Below are positions 63,175 to 64,000 of a stretch of 64,000 bases of DNA, piece by piece; the first letter of the stretch is position 1; the number at the start of each line of letters is the position of its first letter. Below the pieces are notes generated by a model. The model did no database searches. It was not told where the DNA came from and saw only the letters and a program-made list of their open reading frames with translations. Origin of the DNA: Candidatus Marinacidobacterales bacterium (lineage in GTDB: Bacteria > Acidobacteriota > Vicinamibacteria > Marinacidobacterales > SMYC01); contig OZ250169.1 of assembly GCA_965237955.1 (NCBI GenBank), positions 3,328,001 to 3,392,000 of the forward strand. Reading direction: 5' to 3'. The position numbers and the translations under genes are program-made.

Positions 63175-64000
63175 TCATTGAACATATCCGAGGCTTCGCA
63201 AGCGCTCGAGCTCTGCGGCGTCGATGCCCTCGGTCGCTTCGGCGTCCGTCGGTAGTTTGTTCGCGAGCGCCCACGCGTGCCAATCGTCGAGCTGTTTCGA
63301 TAACCGCTCTACGATCTCCGGGTTCTCGGATGCGATGTCGTTTTGATCGAGAGGATCTTGACGATGGTCGTAGAGCTCGTATTCGGGAAATCCGTCGGGC
63401 CGCTCGACGTTATGGATCAGTTTGTATCCATCGACGATGATGCTGAAGGCGTCGACCATCTCTTCGTCCCTCTGGTCGGTGCGACGGGTCCACTCGGACA
63501 CCGCGGGTCGAGCGGACCATCTCTCGGGAGTCGTGAAAAGCGGCACCAGGCTTTCGCCCTGCATACTATCGGGCTTCGCGATCTTCGCGAGCTCGAGAAC
63601 CGTCGGCGCCACGTCGAGCATCTGCACGGTCTCGTCGATGACGTGTCCTTCGGGTACGACACCCGGCCACCGGAGGATGAGCGGCACGTTGATCATCTCC
63701 CCGTAAACGTTTTCTTCGTGGAAATGACCGCCGTGATCCAGGAACTCCTCCCCATGATCGCTCGAGAACACGGTGAGAGTTTCGTCCGCGATGCCGAGAT
63801 TCTCGAGCTTCTCGAGAATGCGCCGGATCTCGACGTCCGCGGCGCGGATCGAGCCGTCGTACCAGTCGAGCTCGTGTCGGACGAACTCTTCGGGATCCAC
63901 GCCCGCTTCCTCGAGCTCGCCGACGAGCGGCAGCCCCATGGGCTTCATGAAACCACTCTTGATGAACGGGCGCACTTTATCGACCCGTGCCTCGTGGGCC
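63175..64000 (-). CDS. Sulfatase family protein, 3' part (runs off window)
   Basis: YDGSI, SSDHGEEF, VPLILRWP, LDVAPT, ELYD...DP, LRSLGY. Confidence 0.9.
   Translation of the reverse strand, partial: AHEARVDKVRPFIKSGFMKPMGLPLVGELEEAGVDPEEFVRHELDWYDGSIRAADVEIRRILEKLENLGIADETLTVFSSDHGEEFLDHGGHFHEENVYGEMINVPLILRWPGVVPEGHVIDETVQMLDVAPTVLELAKIAKPDSMQGESLVPLFTTPERWSARPAVSEWTRRTDQRDEEMVDAFSIIVDGYKLIHNVERPDGFPEYELYDHRQDPLDQNDIASENPEIVERLSKQLDDWHAWALANKLPTDAEATEGIDAAELERLRSLGYVQ

Overview
GC-rich bacterial DNA. The gene set (futalosine mqnD, type III coaX, SYLF, apparently leaderless genes) fits an Acidobacteriota-like organism, which is inference. Core-like flanks (1-17.7 kb and 50-64 kb) enclose a ~32 kb mosaic island (~17710-49995). 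The island holds an integron whose frameshifted intI points towards attI, followed by a toxin-antitoxin cassette with a clear attC. It also has four 1087-1088 bp IS5 (IS903-like) copies without target duplications, and two inverted DUF2924 + large serine recombinase modules, one split by an IS3 with a GTTG duplication. Cargo includes a solo reductive dehalogenase, a 1501-aa nuclease-like/NACHT protein, lgt, an FmdB-like gene and a Gfo/Idh/MocA gene. Remnants of IS6, IS21, IS3 and a group II intron are present. The strongest unexplained structure is a family of CGT/TGT-ended elements: 12 copies of a 57-bp end, several 56-208 bp miniature derivatives, and only fragments of an rve-type transposase. 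These ends sit at many cargo junctions, show no target duplication, and at two reconstructable sites join at sequence resembling the end itself. The flanks show gene erosion, including an internally deleted ndh, a decayed duplicate of the argE 3' end, and several frameshifts, some possibly sequencing errors. All assignments come from motifs read by eye; no database search was run.
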